This document shows positions 47,361-57,562 of a stretch of DNA of 64,000 bases, piece after piece. Each line of letters opens with the position of its first letter. The first letter of the stretch is position 1. The notes beneath the pieces were generated by a model. That model was not told the origin of the DNA. It worked only from the letters and a program-made list of their open reading frames with translations, and ran no database searches. The translations under genes were made by a program, and so were the position numbers. The stretch is taken from the NCBI GenBank assembly GCA_017454945.1, contig JAFTCA010000052.1:6476-70475 (forward strand), read 5' to 3'. Source of the stretch: Bacteroidales bacterium (GTDB lineage: Bacteria; Bacteroidota; Bacteroidia; Bacteroidales; WCHB1-69).

Positions 47361-49124
47361 CTATTCGAACAGTTTCTCTATTTTCTCGCTATACTTATTG
47401 AGAATGAAGTTACGCTTCAACTTGAGAGTTGGAGTCAATTCGCCAGTTTGTATACTCCATTCGTAATCGACTAAGAGATAACGTTTTACCTGTTCGGTTT
47501 CACCAAAGAACTTATTGTAATAAGTTACTGTCTTCATGAACTTACGTTCCACATCGGGGTGATGTATCATCTCTTCGTTGGTCGTATAGGGGATTCCCTT
47601 TCCGGCGCACCAAGAGCGCAGGTCGGCGAAGTTGGGCACGATGAGGGCGGCGGCAAACTTGCGGTTCTCGCCCACCACCATAATATTGTCAATCATAGGA
47701 TCTTCGGCAAACTTGCTCTCAATGAGCGTGGGCACCACATACTTGCCAAAGGCGGTTTTGAACATCTCCTTCTTGCGGCCCGTAATGTGCAACTGGCCTT
47801 TCGGCTCAATACAGCCGATGTCGCCAGTATGGAACCAGCCTTCCTCGTCAATAGCCTCTTTGGTCAAATCCTCTGCCTTGTAATAGCCTTTCATCAGGCA
47901 GTGACCGCGAGTAAGAATCTCGCCATCTTCGGCAATCTTGACTTCGATGCCAGGCAACACGGGACCTACTGTACCAAAGGATGTTCCATCTTTGAAGAAG
48001 CTGCTCACGGCAATTACAGGCGATGTTTCTGTGAGGCCGTAACCTTCGAGAATGGGCATTTCAGCGGCACCAAACACACGGCACAAACGCGGTTGCACAG
48101 CGGCGCCACCCGAAACGATGACCTGTATCTGGCCACCAAAGGCCGCCTTGAACTTACGGAGCACCAGCTTGCGCGCTCTTTTCAGGCGGCGTTTATAGGC
48201 GTTCGACAACTCTCCTACGTCATACTTCAGCGCCACATCATTAGCCCAGAAGAATATTTTCTTCTTTATCTTGTTGAGTTTCCGGCCTGTAGAAATGAAG
48301 CGGTCGTAGAACTTCTCCAGCAATCGCGGCACAGAAGTGAAGATGGTGGGCTGCACCTCCTTGAGGTTGTCGGCAATCTTAGCGATGTTTTCGGCATAAT
48401 AAATCGGGATACCCAGATAGTGCCATGCGTAAATCATCATGCGTTCATACACATGACATAACGGAAGATAGCTAAGCACCCTATTATTAGGATTATCGGG
48501 CACAATGGGGAGGATTGCCCTCACATTGTTCAAGAAATTACTGTGAGTAAGCATAACCCCTTTGGGGTTGGCCGTCGTGCCCGACGTATAAACTATCGTA
48601 ACAACATCATCAGGCGTAATTTGCGCCTTGATTTCTTCCAGATAATTGGGACTCGGGTTCGCCCGCCCCAGTTCTATCACTTCATTTAAGTGCTTATAAC
48701 CACGCAAGTTACGGAAAGTGTAAACATTATCTGCCAGTTCGGGGATGCCATTGATGACATTCTCAATTTTGCGCAGCAACTCCCAGCCGGCGACGAAGAC
48801 CATCTTCACTTCCGCATGATGCAAAATGTACTGATAGTCGCTCTCGCTGATGGTGGGATAGATGGAGACATGGATGGCACCCAACTGCATGATAGCCATG
48901 TCGAGCAGGTTCCATTCGGGGCGGCTGTTGCTGATAGAAGCGATACGGTCGCCTTTCTTAATGCCCAGCTGCATCAATCCGTAGCTGATATTGTTTACCT
49001 TTTCAATATATTGCGAAATGCTATAATTTACCCAAATGCCGTTCTCCTTCCCATTCAACGCATTGTCGGTAGGAAAATGCTCGGCATAATGAGGCAATAA
49101 ATCAAAAAGACGGGTTACTTCCAT
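47361..49124 (-). CDS. Long-chain fatty acid--CoA ligase (AMP-forming)
   Basis: 587 aa. YTSGTTANPKGV AMP-binding motif; GYGLTET; WFHTGDIG. Confidence 0.87.
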   Translation of the reverse strand: MEVTRLFDLLPHYAEHFPTDNALNGKENGIWVNYSISQYIEKVNNISYGLMQLGIKKGDRIASISNSRPEWNLLDMAIMQLGAIHVSIYPTISESDYQYILHHAEVKMVFVAGWELLRKIENVINGIPELADNVYTFRNLRGYKHLNEVIELGRANPSPNYLEEIKAQITPDDVVTIVYTSGTTANPKGVMLTHSNFLNNVRAILPIVPDNPNNRVLSYLPLCHVYERMMIYAWHYLGIPIYYAENIAKIADNLKEVQPTIFTSVPRLLEKFYDRFISTGRKLNKIKKKIFFWANDVALKYDVGELSNAYKRRLKRARKLVLRKFKAAFGGQIQVIVSGGAAVQPRLCRVFGAAEMPILEGYGLTETSPVIAVSSFFKDGTSFGTVGPVLPGIEVKIAEDGEILTRGHCLMKGYYKAEDLTKEAIDEEGWFHTGDIGCIEPKGQLHITGRKKEMFKTAFGKYVVPTLIESKFAEDPMIDNIMVVGENRKFAAALIVPNFADLRSWCAGKGIPYTTNEEMIHHPDVERKFMKTVTYYNKFFGETEQVKRYLLVDYEWSIQTGELTPTLKLKRNFILNKYSEKIEKLFE

Positions 49125-49145
49125 AATGATAATCTTAGTGGAAAA

Positions 49146-50048
49146 CTATTGAGCCAATTTCATATCAGCGGCATCCTTAACCGAAACTAACTCAACATCA
49201 AAAATTAAAGTGCTATAAGGCATAATCACGGGATAGGCACCCATGGAGTCATAAGCCAGTTTGGAGGGAATGATTAGGGTGGCCTTGCCGCCTTCCTTCA
49301 TCATGGCAATACCTTCTTCCCAACCAGGGATAACCTTACCTTGACCCAAAACAAATTCGATAGGTTCACCTCTTTGAATCGAGCTGTCGAACACGCGGTT
49401 ATCTTCCAGCGTTCTGCCTTCATAATGCACGGAAACCATCTTGCCAGCTTCAGCCTTTGCACCTTTACCAGCCTTAGTTGAGATGAAATAAAGTCCGCTA
49501 TCGGTGGGTTTTACTTTAATCTTATTCGTAACGATATAATCGGTTAACAGACTGTCCTCTGCATTTTTACGATGTTCGAAGAACTCTTGTTGCATTTTGA
49601 GTTGCTCAGCTCTCATAGCTTCCACCTCAACACGAGGCATCAGGTCCATCAACTTGATATCGAAATAGAGATCTTTGTCTTTGGTCTCCAGATTGAACTC
49701 CTGACCTAAGTAATAGTGATAGAATGAATCGGCATCCAGGATAAAGGTGGCGCTGTCGCCTACATGCATCAACTTGAGAGCATCATAAATATCGCCTTCA
49801 AATGCATGTTCCAGAATCTCAACCTGTAAGGGACGCGGGCCATCCAGCGTCGAGTCGATCGTACGCATGGTGTACATCATCATCACCACATCACCCAGTT
49901 CGGGTTGGGCGGCAGTGTCGTTCTGCTCATAAAATTTGTAATAGAAACCGGTTTTGTCCTTTTTAAAACCTTGGTGTTTGCAAGATGCCATACTGCCCAT
50001 CACGATGATGGCCAAAGCAAAGAGCATGATTCTCTTCATATTTTTCAT
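49146..50048 (-). CDS. FKBP-type peptidyl-prolyl isomerase, lipoprotein
   Basis: 300 aa. Lipobox MGSMASC; C-terminal FKBP domain (VFDSSIQRGEPIEFVLGQGKVIPGWEEG...IPSKLAYD). Confidence 0.85.
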   Translation of the reverse strand: MKNMKRIMLFALAIIVMGSMASCKHQGFKKDKTGFYYKFYEQNDTAAQPELGDVVMMMYTMRTIDSTLDGPRPLQVEILEHAFEGDIYDALKLMHVGDSATFILDADSFYHYYLGQEFNLETKDKDLYFDIKLMDLMPRVEVEAMRAEQLKMQQEFFEHRKNAEDSLLTDYIVTNKIKVKPTDSGLYFISTKAGKGAKAEAGKMVSVHYEGRTLEDNRVFDSSIQRGEPIEFVLGQGKVIPGWEEGIAMMKEGGKATLIIPSKLAYDSMGAYPVIMPYSTLIFDVELVSVKDAADMKLAQ

Positions 50049-50071
50049 AATGTTTTTGTTTAGATTATAAT

Positions 50072-50614
50072 TTATTTAATGTCAATAAGTTCTAAATACA
50101 TTGCAATGGGTTTACGTCCTTTAATGCGGTCACCGTCGCCACCCACACCATAGGCCAGGTGCGCTGGGATGACCACGCGGGCCGCAGCCCCTTTTTTCAT
50201 TCGTTTCACTGCCTCGTGCAAGCCAGCCACATCGTTGGATTTATCCACTACAAACACCAAATCACCTGACTCGTCCGAGCTATAAACCACATCGCCCGAA
50301 AGCAGCATGGTCTTGTATTTCAGTGTCACTGTCTGCCCTGCCATGGGACAACCTCCCGAACCCTCCTTGACCATCTCAATACGCAAGCCGGTGCCCGTCT
50401 TCTCGGTGTTCCAACCGTAGCGCTTGAGAAACAGGTCGATCTCCTCATCCTCCAGAGCCACAATCTTACGATTACCATCCACAAAAGGGTCGTAAACCTC
50501 CTCTTCCTCCTGATGGGGCAACTGTACCACTCCCGTCGTCTGCTTGTTTTTGCAAGCGACGCAGGACAGCAACAAAACTGCCATAACAGCCAGAAGGAAA
50601 GGTTGTTTCATCAT
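50072..50614 (-). CDS. FKBP-type peptidyl-prolyl isomerase
   Basis: 180 aa. Lipobox LLSCVAC; FKBP core (VYSSDESGDLVFVVDKSNDVAGLHEA...IPAHLAYG). Confidence 0.83.
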   Translation of the reverse strand: MMKQPFLLAVMAVLLLSCVACKNKQTTGVVQLPHQEEEEVYDPFVDGNRKIVALEDEEIDLFLKRYGWNTEKTGTGLRIEMVKEGSGGCPMAGQTVTLKYKTMLLSGDVVYSSDESGDLVFVVDKSNDVAGLHEAVKRMKKGAAARVVIPAHLAYGVGGDGDRIKGRKPIAMYLELIDIK

Positions 50615-51645
50615 TTTTGTGCAGTTAATTCATCTTTATATTCCTTCAGCACCTCTTCAAAATAGGCCATCGTATTCTCCAGTGTATCATAATGATACGC
50701 TGCAGAAGCATTCTTATGACCGCCGCCGTCAAAGTGCTTGCGGGCAAACTTGTTCACATCAAAGTCGCCTTTCGAGCGGAAAGAGACTCTGATACGATTA
50801 TCGCGTTCGGTAAAGAATGCGGTGAACTTGACAGTGCCTACCGACAGACCATAATTAACGAACCCTTCGGTATCGCCAATATGGAAATTATTGTCCATCA
50901 AGTCTTTCTTTGTCAAATAGCCATAAGAAGTGGCATAGTCGTTCATTATTTTCAGGCGCTGGCTCAAGAGCAGTCCCAACAGACGAAGGCGACTCTCGGA
51001 GTAATTGTCGTACACTTTCCTGTGGATAGCCTCGCCATCCACACCTTTTTTCATCAACTCGCTAATAGCAAGGTACGTTTCGGGATGATTACACATATAG
51101 CTCAACGAGCCGGTATCGGTAATCATGCCCACATAGATGCACTCTGCAATATCAAGCGTAAGCGCCTCTTTATCACACAATTCATCAAAAAGGAAGTTAT
51201 AGACGAGTTCGCAAGTGGACGTAGTCTGTGTCTCCGACAACTTCACGTTGCAGTCGATGATTGGCGATACATGATGGTCAATCAGAATCTTGAAGGCCTT
51301 CGAGTCGGTAATGCACTCCTCAAAGGCAGAGCCGAAGCGGCTGGGCGCATTCATATCGACCACGAACATCAGATCGGCTTCTGCAAACAACTTGCGTACT
51401 TTGTCGACATGCTGGGCAGCCACCACAATGGTGTCGGCCCCCGGCATCCAATTCAAAAACGAAGGAAACAGATTCGGCAGAATGACATGGACATCTTTTC
51501 CTTTACCCTTACAATAGTGATATATAGCTAAAGATGAGCCCATTGCATCCCCATCGGGGTTGTAATGCGACACAATGACCACCTTGTTACTGCGGGTCAA
51601 CGCATCCTGCGCCAGTTGTATTTCTTCAGAAGTTAATCTGTTCAT
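50611..51645 (-). CDS. nrnA: DHH/DHHA1 phosphoesterase, oligoribonuclease/pAp phosphatase NrnA-like
   Basis: 344 aa. HYNPDGDAMGS, LIDHH, GGGHKNASAA motifs. 4-nt overlap with the downstream FKBP gene. Confidence 0.83.
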   Translation of the reverse strand: MNRLTSEEIQLAQDALTRSNKVVIVSHYNPDGDAMGSSLAIYHYCKGKGKDVHVILPNLFPSFLNWMPGADTIVVAAQHVDKVRKLFAEADLMFVVDMNAPSRFGSAFEECITDSKAFKILIDHHVSPIIDCNVKLSETQTTSTCELVYNFLFDELCDKEALTLDIAECIYVGMITDTGSLSYMCNHPETYLAISELMKKGVDGEAIHRKVYDNYSESRLRLLGLLLSQRLKIMNDYATSYGYLTKKDLMDNNFHIGDTEGFVNYGLSVGTVKFTAFFTERDNRIRVSFRSKGDFDVNKFARKHFDGGGHKNASAAYHYDTLENTMAYFEEVLKEYKDELTAQK

Positions 51646-51656
51646 AATTAAGGCTG

Positions 51657-51664
51657 CAAAGGTA
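51657..51664 (-). promoter_or_regulatory. -7 promoter box for the nrnA-FKBP-FKBP-acyl-CoA ligase block
   Basis: CAAAGGTA = TACCTTTG on minus strand, 11 nt upstream of ATG 51645. Confidence 0.45.
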
Positions 51665-51704
51665 TAAAAAATAATAACGTCAACGCAAACTACTGCTAAA
51701 CCAC

Positions 51705-52931
51705 TTATTTAGCACGCACTTGCGCAGCAAAAGCCGTCGCACGACCAGCACCTTCACCCGTATTTACCAGCACCGTTTCGCCATTATGGATTTGTCCTTG
51801 GCGCAACGCTTCGAAGAAACCGGCCAGACAAACCACGCCAGCAGGACCCAAGAGAACATTGGTCTCCTCGTAAGCCTGGCGGGCCGTCGCAACGAGTTCG
51901 CTCTCTTTCACGCGCAGGAAATCGCCACCGCTACGGCGCACGATAGGTGCCACCACAGGGAACATACCCGGGTTGCCCGTCGAGAGGATGGATACCATCG
52001 TCTGCGGATTGTCAATTACGGGATAATGGTTCTGATAGCCTTCGGGGAAATTGCTCTTCTTGGCATTCTCCCAGCCTTGCACCATCGGGTCACAAGTATC
52101 CTGCTGGATGAGCAGCATGCGGGGCAGTTTCACTTCGGGATAGTGTTTCTCCACCTCGCGAACACCCTTCTCAACGGCAATGGGACCCGTGCCACCTGCA
52201 ACAGCCTGCACATACACATCGGGCATCTTGCCTAATTGACGCAGAAATTCGAAGACCATCGTCTTCTTGGCCTCCACGCGAATGGGGTCGATATTACCGG
52301 CCGAAATCAGCACATTGTTCTGGGTGTGGAAGTCGGCGGCCAGCTTCTTGGCATAGGCATAGTCACCATCGGCCACCACAACGTTCTGGCCGTGCGACTT
52401 GATTTCGCGCACCGTGTCGGGCGACACGCAGTTGGGCACGAAAACGGTGAACTTGATGCCAGCCTTGGCCAAATAGCGACTGTAGGCCGTAGCCGTGTTG
52501 CCCGTCGAGGCCACACAGAACTCCTTCACGCCATTTTCCTTGAAGATGGTAGCGGCCAACGAAGCGGCCACATCCTTGAAAGTGCCCGTACCGCCGTTCA
52601 GGTCGTTGCGATAGACCATCACTTTGCAGTCGATGCCGTATTGCTCTTTGGCGATTTTTTCCAGATAGGCCCACTCCTCCATCGGGATAGTGCCCTCGCC
52701 GTAGGAAACCGCATTGTTGGCATCCTTTATCGGCAGAAAATCGGAGTAGATATAGAAACTATCAGGATTTTTGGCTTTTAGCAAATCGTCAAGCTTGTGA
52801 TAATCAGCCGAATACTCAGCCACAGCGCGTTTGCATCCGCACTTGCATTGTTGATTCTGAGAAAGCCAAGTGGCAAAGTCGGGAATGACTTCGCCACATT
52901 GAGTACATCTTAGTTGATATTTGTTATTCAT
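51705..52931 (-). CDS. Threonine-synthase-fold PLP enzyme, cysteate-synthase-like
   Basis: 408 aa. N-terminal Cys cluster CTQCGEVIPDF...QQCKCGC, PLP-lysine context GGTGTFKD, and a glycine-rich loop AVAGGTGP. It does not resemble the usual bacterial ThrC N-terminus. Confidence 0.6.
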   Translation of the reverse strand: MNNKYQLRCTQCGEVIPDFATWLSQNQQCKCGCKRAVAEYSADYHKLDDLLKAKNPDSFYIYSDFLPIKDANNAVSYGEGTIPMEEWAYLEKIAKEQYGIDCKVMVYRNDLNGGTGTFKDVAASLAATIFKENGVKEFCVASTGNTATAYSRYLAKAGIKFTVFVPNCVSPDTVREIKSHGQNVVVADGDYAYAKKLAADFHTQNNVLISAGNIDPIRVEAKKTMVFEFLRQLGKMPDVYVQAVAGGTGPIAVEKGVREVEKHYPEVKLPRMLLIQQDTCDPMVQGWENAKKSNFPEGYQNHYPVIDNPQTMVSILSTGNPGMFPVVAPIVRRSGGDFLRVKESELVATARQAYEETNVLLGPAGVVCLAGFFEALRQGQIHNGETVLVNTGEGAGRATAFAAQVRAK

Positions 52932-52961
52932 AAATTACATATTTTAGAAAACATCTGTTCC

Positions 52962-54227
52962 CTACTTAATCAGCGCCATATCCGGAATAGGCTTGTCGTA
53001 ATCGCCTTTGGCAAGACGCTCCTTGATGTCTTTGAAAGCTGCCAATGTGCGTTCCACATCCTCCATGCTGTGAGCAGCCGTTGGGATGATGCGGAAGATG
53101 AGCATTCCAGGAGGAATGACAGGATAAGTGACGATTGAGCAGAAGATGTTGTAATTCTCACGTAGGTCAACGGCGATGTTAGCAGCCTGATTTATACCGC
53201 AATACAAATGCACGGGGGTGACACAAGCCTCTGCCGGTCCAATCTCGTAGCCGAGTTCGCGGAAACCTTTCTGCAACGCACGAGTGATTTTCCACAGATG
53301 GGCTCTCAAACGGTCGCCTTCTTCGCTACGAATGATTTCGAGACGCTTCAAACAGCCCACCACGATAGGCATCGGGAGCGATTTGGCGTACATCTGTGAG
53401 CGCATGTTGTAGCGCAAGAAATTGATGATGCTCTTTTCAGAAGCCACGAAGCCACCGATGGTTGCCATCGACTTTGCATAGGCGCCGATATAGATATCAA
53501 TGTCGTCCATGACACCAAAATGCTCGGAAGTGCCTCTTCCGTGCGGCCCCATTGCGCCGAAGCCGTGGGCGTCGTCGATGAGAATGCGGAACGAATATTT
53601 TTTCTTGAGGGCAGCAATCTGATCCAGGATACCGAGGGCACCGGTCATGCCGAATACACCTTCCGTAATCAGCAGCACGCCACCACCCTGTTCATCGGCA
53701 ATCTTGCATGCATTGCCCAAAATTCGCTCACAATCCTTGATATCATTATGGCGGAACTTGAATTTCTTGCCGATATGCAGGCGAATGCCATCCAACAGGC
53801 ATGCGTGTGCTTCCGCGTCATACACGATGACATCGTGGCGACAAACCAGTGAGTCGATGGTGGACACAATGCCTTGATAGCCGAAGTTGAACTCGAAGGC
53901 AGCCTCTTTGTGTTCAAAGTCGGCCAGTTCTCTCTCCAGCTGTTCGTGGAGGGCCGTCTGGCCGGTCATCATACGGCTACCCATCGGATAAGCCATGCCC
54001 CAGCGGGCGGCGCCTTCTGCGTCGGCTTTGCGCACCTCAGGATGGTTGGCCAGTCCGAGGTAGTTGTTGAGACTCCAGCAGAGCACCTCCTTGCCATTGA
54101 ATTTCATGTGCGGACCCAGTTCGCCTTCCAACTTCGGGAATGCGAAATATCCATCTATTTTCTCACGGTATTGCCCTATCGGGCCACCCGACGACTCTTT
54201 GATTCTTTCAAAAATGTCTTTTCTCAT
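52962..54227 (-). CDS. Alpha-oxoamine synthase family PLP enzyme (serine palmitoyltransferase / cysteate-acyltransferase-like)
   Basis: 421 aa. NNYLGLANHPEV, DDAHGFG, and PLP-Lys context GAYAKSMATIGGF. The N-terminal YFAFPKLEG resembles SPT-type rather than Kbl/BioF-type enzymes. Confidence 0.82.
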   Translation of the reverse strand: MRKDIFERIKESSGGPIGQYREKIDGYFAFPKLEGELGPHMKFNGKEVLCWSLNNYLGLANHPEVRKADAEGAARWGMAYPMGSRMMTGQTALHEQLERELADFEHKEAAFEFNFGYQGIVSTIDSLVCRHDVIVYDAEAHACLLDGIRLHIGKKFKFRHNDIKDCERILGNACKIADEQGGGVLLITEGVFGMTGALGILDQIAALKKKYSFRILIDDAHGFGAMGPHGRGTSEHFGVMDDIDIYIGAYAKSMATIGGFVASEKSIINFLRYNMRSQMYAKSLPMPIVVGCLKRLEIIRSEEGDRLRAHLWKITRALQKGFRELGYEIGPAEACVTPVHLYCGINQAANIAVDLRENYNIFCSIVTYPVIPPGMLIFRIIPTAAHSMEDVERTLAAFKDIKERLAKGDYDKPIPDMALIK

Positions 54228-54255
54228 GTGATATGTAGCTTTAGATAGTGATTAA

Positions 54256-55614
54256 TTATTTTGCATAATGATGATAGAAACGGATAATCGTCTCGATGCC
54301 TTTGTAGAAATGATCGAGACGGTAATTCTCGTTCGGCGAGTGGATAGCATCTTCGCCCAGGCCGAAGCCCATCAGGATAGACTTGATACCCAGCACTTTC
54401 TCAAAGGTGGAGATGATGGGAATACTGCCACCACTGCGCATCGGGATGGCCAACTTGCCGTAAGTGTCCATATAGGCGGCCTCAGCAGCCTTGTAGGCAG
54501 GATGGTCGGTGGGACAGCCGTAGGCCTGACCACCGTGCATCGGCGTTACCTTCACGTCCACATAATCAGGAGCATTCTCCTCAAAATAGTTTTTCACCAG
54601 CTCGGCAATCTTCTCATGGTCCTGATTGGGCACCAAGCGGCACGATAGTTTAGCGTAGGCTTTCGACGGCAGCACGGTCTTGGAGCCTTCGGCCGTATAG
54701 CCGCCCCACATACCGCACAAGTCGAAGGTAGGACGGATGCCCACCTGCTCGATTTTGGTATAGCCTTTTTCGCCGCGCAGCGCCTTCACACCAACACTTT
54801 CCTTGTATTCCTCTTCACTATAGGGTGCCATATTGAGCAGCTCGCGCTCACGGGCAGAACATTCCACCACATCATCGTAAAAATGAGGAATGGTAATATG
54901 GTTGTCGGCATCCATGCACTTGCTAATCATCTCGCACAGCGTGTTGAGCGGGTTGGCCACAGAGCCGCCAAAAATGCCAGAATGCAGGTCGGCATTGGGC
55001 CCCGTGACTTCAATCTGCCAATAAGCCAGGCCGCGCAAGCCCGTCGTGATGGAAGGCACATCGGAAGCAATCATGCTGGTATCGGAAACCAAGATAATGT
55101 CGGCTTTCACGAGGTCCTTGTTCACCACAATCCACTTGGCCAGACTGCCTGAGCCTATCTCCTCCTCGCCTTCGAGCATAAACTGCACATTGCAAGGCAG
55201 GTTGCCCGTCTGGAGCATCGTTTCGAAAGCTTTGGCGTGCATAAACGACTGACCTTTATCGTCATCGGCACCGCGAGCCCATATTTTGCCATCTTTGATG
55301 ACCGGCTCAAACGGGTCGGTATGCCACAGTTCCAACGGGTCCACGGGCATCACGTCGTAGTGACCGTAAACAAGCACCGTCTTGGCGGCGGGGTCCACTA
55401 TTTTTTCGCCATACACCACAGGATTGCCATCAGTCGGCATCACCTCGGCACGGTCGGCACCGGCAGCCAAAATCAGCTCTTTCCAACGCTCGGCACAACG
55501 TACCATGTCGCCTTTGTGCTCGGCCTGCGAACTAATTGAAGGAATACGAATTAGGGAGAAAAGTTCTTCGAGAAATCTCTCCTTGTTAGTTTCAATATAT
55601 TGCTTGATTTCCAT
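54256..55614 (-). CDS. M20 family dipeptidase
   Basis: Start at MEIKQYIETNKERFLEELFSLIRIPSISS (ATG 55614). HYDVMP, GADDDKG and EGEEEIGS metal-ligand motifs. Confidence 0.87.
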   Translation of the reverse strand: MEIKQYIETNKERFLEELFSLIRIPSISSQAEHKGDMVRCAERWKELILAAGADRAEVMPTDGNPVVYGEKIVDPAAKTVLVYGHYDVMPVDPLELWHTDPFEPVIKDGKIWARGADDDKGQSFMHAKAFETMLQTGNLPCNVQFMLEGEEEIGSGSLAKWIVVNKDLVKADIILVSDTSMIASDVPSITTGLRGLAYWQIEVTGPNADLHSGIFGGSVANPLNTLCEMISKCMDADNHITIPHFYDDVVECSARERELLNMAPYSEEEYKESVGVKALRGEKGYTKIEQVGIRPTFDLCGMWGGYTAEGSKTVLPSKAYAKLSCRLVPNQDHEKIAELVKNYFEENAPDYVDVKVTPMHGGQAYGCPTDHPAYKAAEAAYMDTYGKLAIPMRSGGSIPIISTFEKVLGIKSILMGFGLGEDAIHSPNENYRLDHFYKGIETIIRFYHHYAK

Positions 55615-55638
55615 ATTATAAAGGATTTTTAAAGATTG

Positions 55639-55646
55639 CAAAAATA
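55639..55646 (-). promoter_or_regulatory. -7 promoter box for the M20 gene (and probably the two downstream PLP-enzyme genes)
   Basis: CAAAAATA = TATTTTTG on minus strand, 24 nt upstream of ATG 55614. Confidence 0.5.
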
Positions 55647-55698
55647 AGGAATAATCTTGTTGTGATGAAAAAAAAACGAATCAACGAAGATTTTTCAA

Positions 55699-57525
55699 TC
55701 AAAACGATTTCACCATCATAACACAATGTTGGCAATCGAATTCCAACTGGAAACGACGGTCTTTGTATTGCAAAAACAACGGCTCTTGCCACTTGTCGTC
55801 CGAAACCGCTTGTTGCTTCTTGCAATGCCCCAATGCGTAAAGGATGCAATGCTTGCAGAACATCAGCACGGCGCCAGGTACGGGCTTCTGTTCGTAGGCT
55901 GGCAGAACCTTCATCACGCCATGTTGGCGGTAAAAGTCGGCGGCTTGGCTGTTCATCACATTGCCAAGGTAGGTCAGCGTTTTTTCGGGATAGATAGCAG
56001 TGCTGTCTGAAGGCAATGGGGTATCGGGCGAGAGATGCGGCTGCGATAACAACTCTTCGAGCGCATCCGTGGCTCGGCGGCGCAGGTCGGCCACCTGCGA
56101 GTTGGGCAGGAACCATACTTTAGATAACTGTATATCAACATCTTCCACCTCAAAAGGCGTGTTGCCAACTCTGAGCAAAGTCGCTTTCAAGGTATCCATC
56201 GCTTTCTCGGGCTGTTGGGCCAACTGCTTATCGCAAATAAGTTCCTGAGTAACACTTTTTTGTGCAGCGGTTAGCGTCAACGAAAAGCCTTGCGGCGTTT
56301 CCTGCAACAGCATCTTCACCCCTATCTTGCGCTCGGCACTTTTGCCCGCCAGCAACTTCATAAACTGATGGTCATAATTGCGGTACAAGTCGGCACCAAC
56401 AGACAGTTGTTCAGGCATTTGCGCTGGCTTCACCAGGCGGCCTTCGACGCTGTTGACGCGAAAGCCCGTCATGCCACTACCTAGTGCAACGAAGCAGAGG
56501 CCGTCGCCGTTGTGCAGCTCCTGGCTGCCATCTACCTCAAACGAGTCGGGGCGCAGTTTTGTCACTTTGCCCACAAACTCGCCCACCGACTTCGGCGTGT
56601 CAAAGCAGGCTATGTCGCCACGCTCGCCATGCAAGAAATAGTCGGTCTTGCCTCGGTGAAAGGTCTTCTCAGGATTGGGCGTAAAATAATATCTGCATTT
56701 ACCGTAAGACGCTTGTTTCCAATCGCTTTTGCCATCCAATATAGCATCCAGCCGCTGGCGGTAGTAGGCGGTAATGTTTTTCACATACTCCACTTCCTTC
56801 AGGCGCCCTTCAATCTTGAAAGAGGAGATGCCTGCCGCAATCATTTCCCACAAGAAATCGGAGCGGTCCATATCCTTCAACGACAGCAAATGCTTGTCGG
56901 CAACCAACTTACGACCCGTAGCATCGTAGAGCGAATAGGGCAGCCGGCAATATTGTGCGCAGCAGCCGCGATTGGCGCTACGGCCGGTGGCGGCGGCACT
57001 CATGTAGCACTGGCCGCTGTAGCTCACGCAAAGGGCACCGTGCACAAACGCCTCCAACTCCACCGAAGTGGCTTGGTGAATAGCTGTTATCTCGTCTAAC
57101 GACAGTTCGCGAGCCAGCACCACGCGACGGAAGCCCACCTCTTGCAGGAAGCGCACCTTCTCGGGCGTGCGATTATCGGTTTGTGTACTGGCGTGCAGCT
57201 CTATGGGCGGCAGCGAAAGCTTCAGGATGCCCATATCCTGCACTATCAGCGCATCGACGCCCACATTATAGAGGTCGTGGATAATCTTCTCCGCCTCTTC
57301 CAACTCTTTGTCAGTCAGGATGGTATTCAGCGTAACGAACACTTTGGCGCCATACAGATGGGCATAGTGCACCAGCTGGGCAATGTCGGCCAGCGAGTTG
57401 CCCGCATCCACGCGAGCCCCATAGCGTGCCGCCCCGATGTATATCGCATCGGCGCCATGATTCACCGCCTCGACACCGCACTCGAGGTTCTTGGCAGGAG
57501 AGAGAAGTTCGACCAAGGATGACAT
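55699..57525 (-). CDS. U32 family peptidase-like protein (RlhA/TrhP-type RNA hydroxylation factor)
   Basis: 609 aa from MSSLVELLSPAKNLECGVEAVNHGADAIYIG (ATG 57525). The track ORF continues to 57795, across the promoter region. U32 core with ExxxxC-rich motif (GALCVSYSGQCYMS) and a long C-terminal extension. Confidence 0.85.
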   Translation of the reverse strand: MSSLVELLSPAKNLECGVEAVNHGADAIYIGAARYGARVDAGNSLADIAQLVHYAHLYGAKVFVTLNTILTDKELEEAEKIIHDLYNVGVDALIVQDMGILKLSLPPIELHASTQTDNRTPEKVRFLQEVGFRRVVLARELSLDEITAIHQATSVELEAFVHGALCVSYSGQCYMSAAATGRSANRGCCAQYCRLPYSLYDATGRKLVADKHLLSLKDMDRSDFLWEMIAAGISSFKIEGRLKEVEYVKNITAYYRQRLDAILDGKSDWKQASYGKCRYYFTPNPEKTFHRGKTDYFLHGERGDIACFDTPKSVGEFVGKVTKLRPDSFEVDGSQELHNGDGLCFVALGSGMTGFRVNSVEGRLVKPAQMPEQLSVGADLYRNYDHQFMKLLAGKSAERKIGVKMLLQETPQGFSLTLTAAQKSVTQELICDKQLAQQPEKAMDTLKATLLRVGNTPFEVEDVDIQLSKVWFLPNSQVADLRRRATDALEELLSQPHLSPDTPLPSDSTAIYPEKTLTYLGNVMNSQAADFYRQHGVMKVLPAYEQKPVPGAVLMFCKHCILYALGHCKKQQAVSDDKWQEPLFLQYKDRRFQLEFDCQHCVMMVKSF

Positions 57526-57542
57526 GGAATGAAATTTGTGGG

Positions 57543-57550
57543 CAAATTTA
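57543..57550 (-). promoter_or_regulatory. -7 promoter box for the U32 gene
   Basis: CAAATTTA = TAAATTTG on minus strand, 17 nt upstream of ATG 57525. Confidence 0.5.
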
Positions 57551-57562
57551 CGGAATTTGTCG

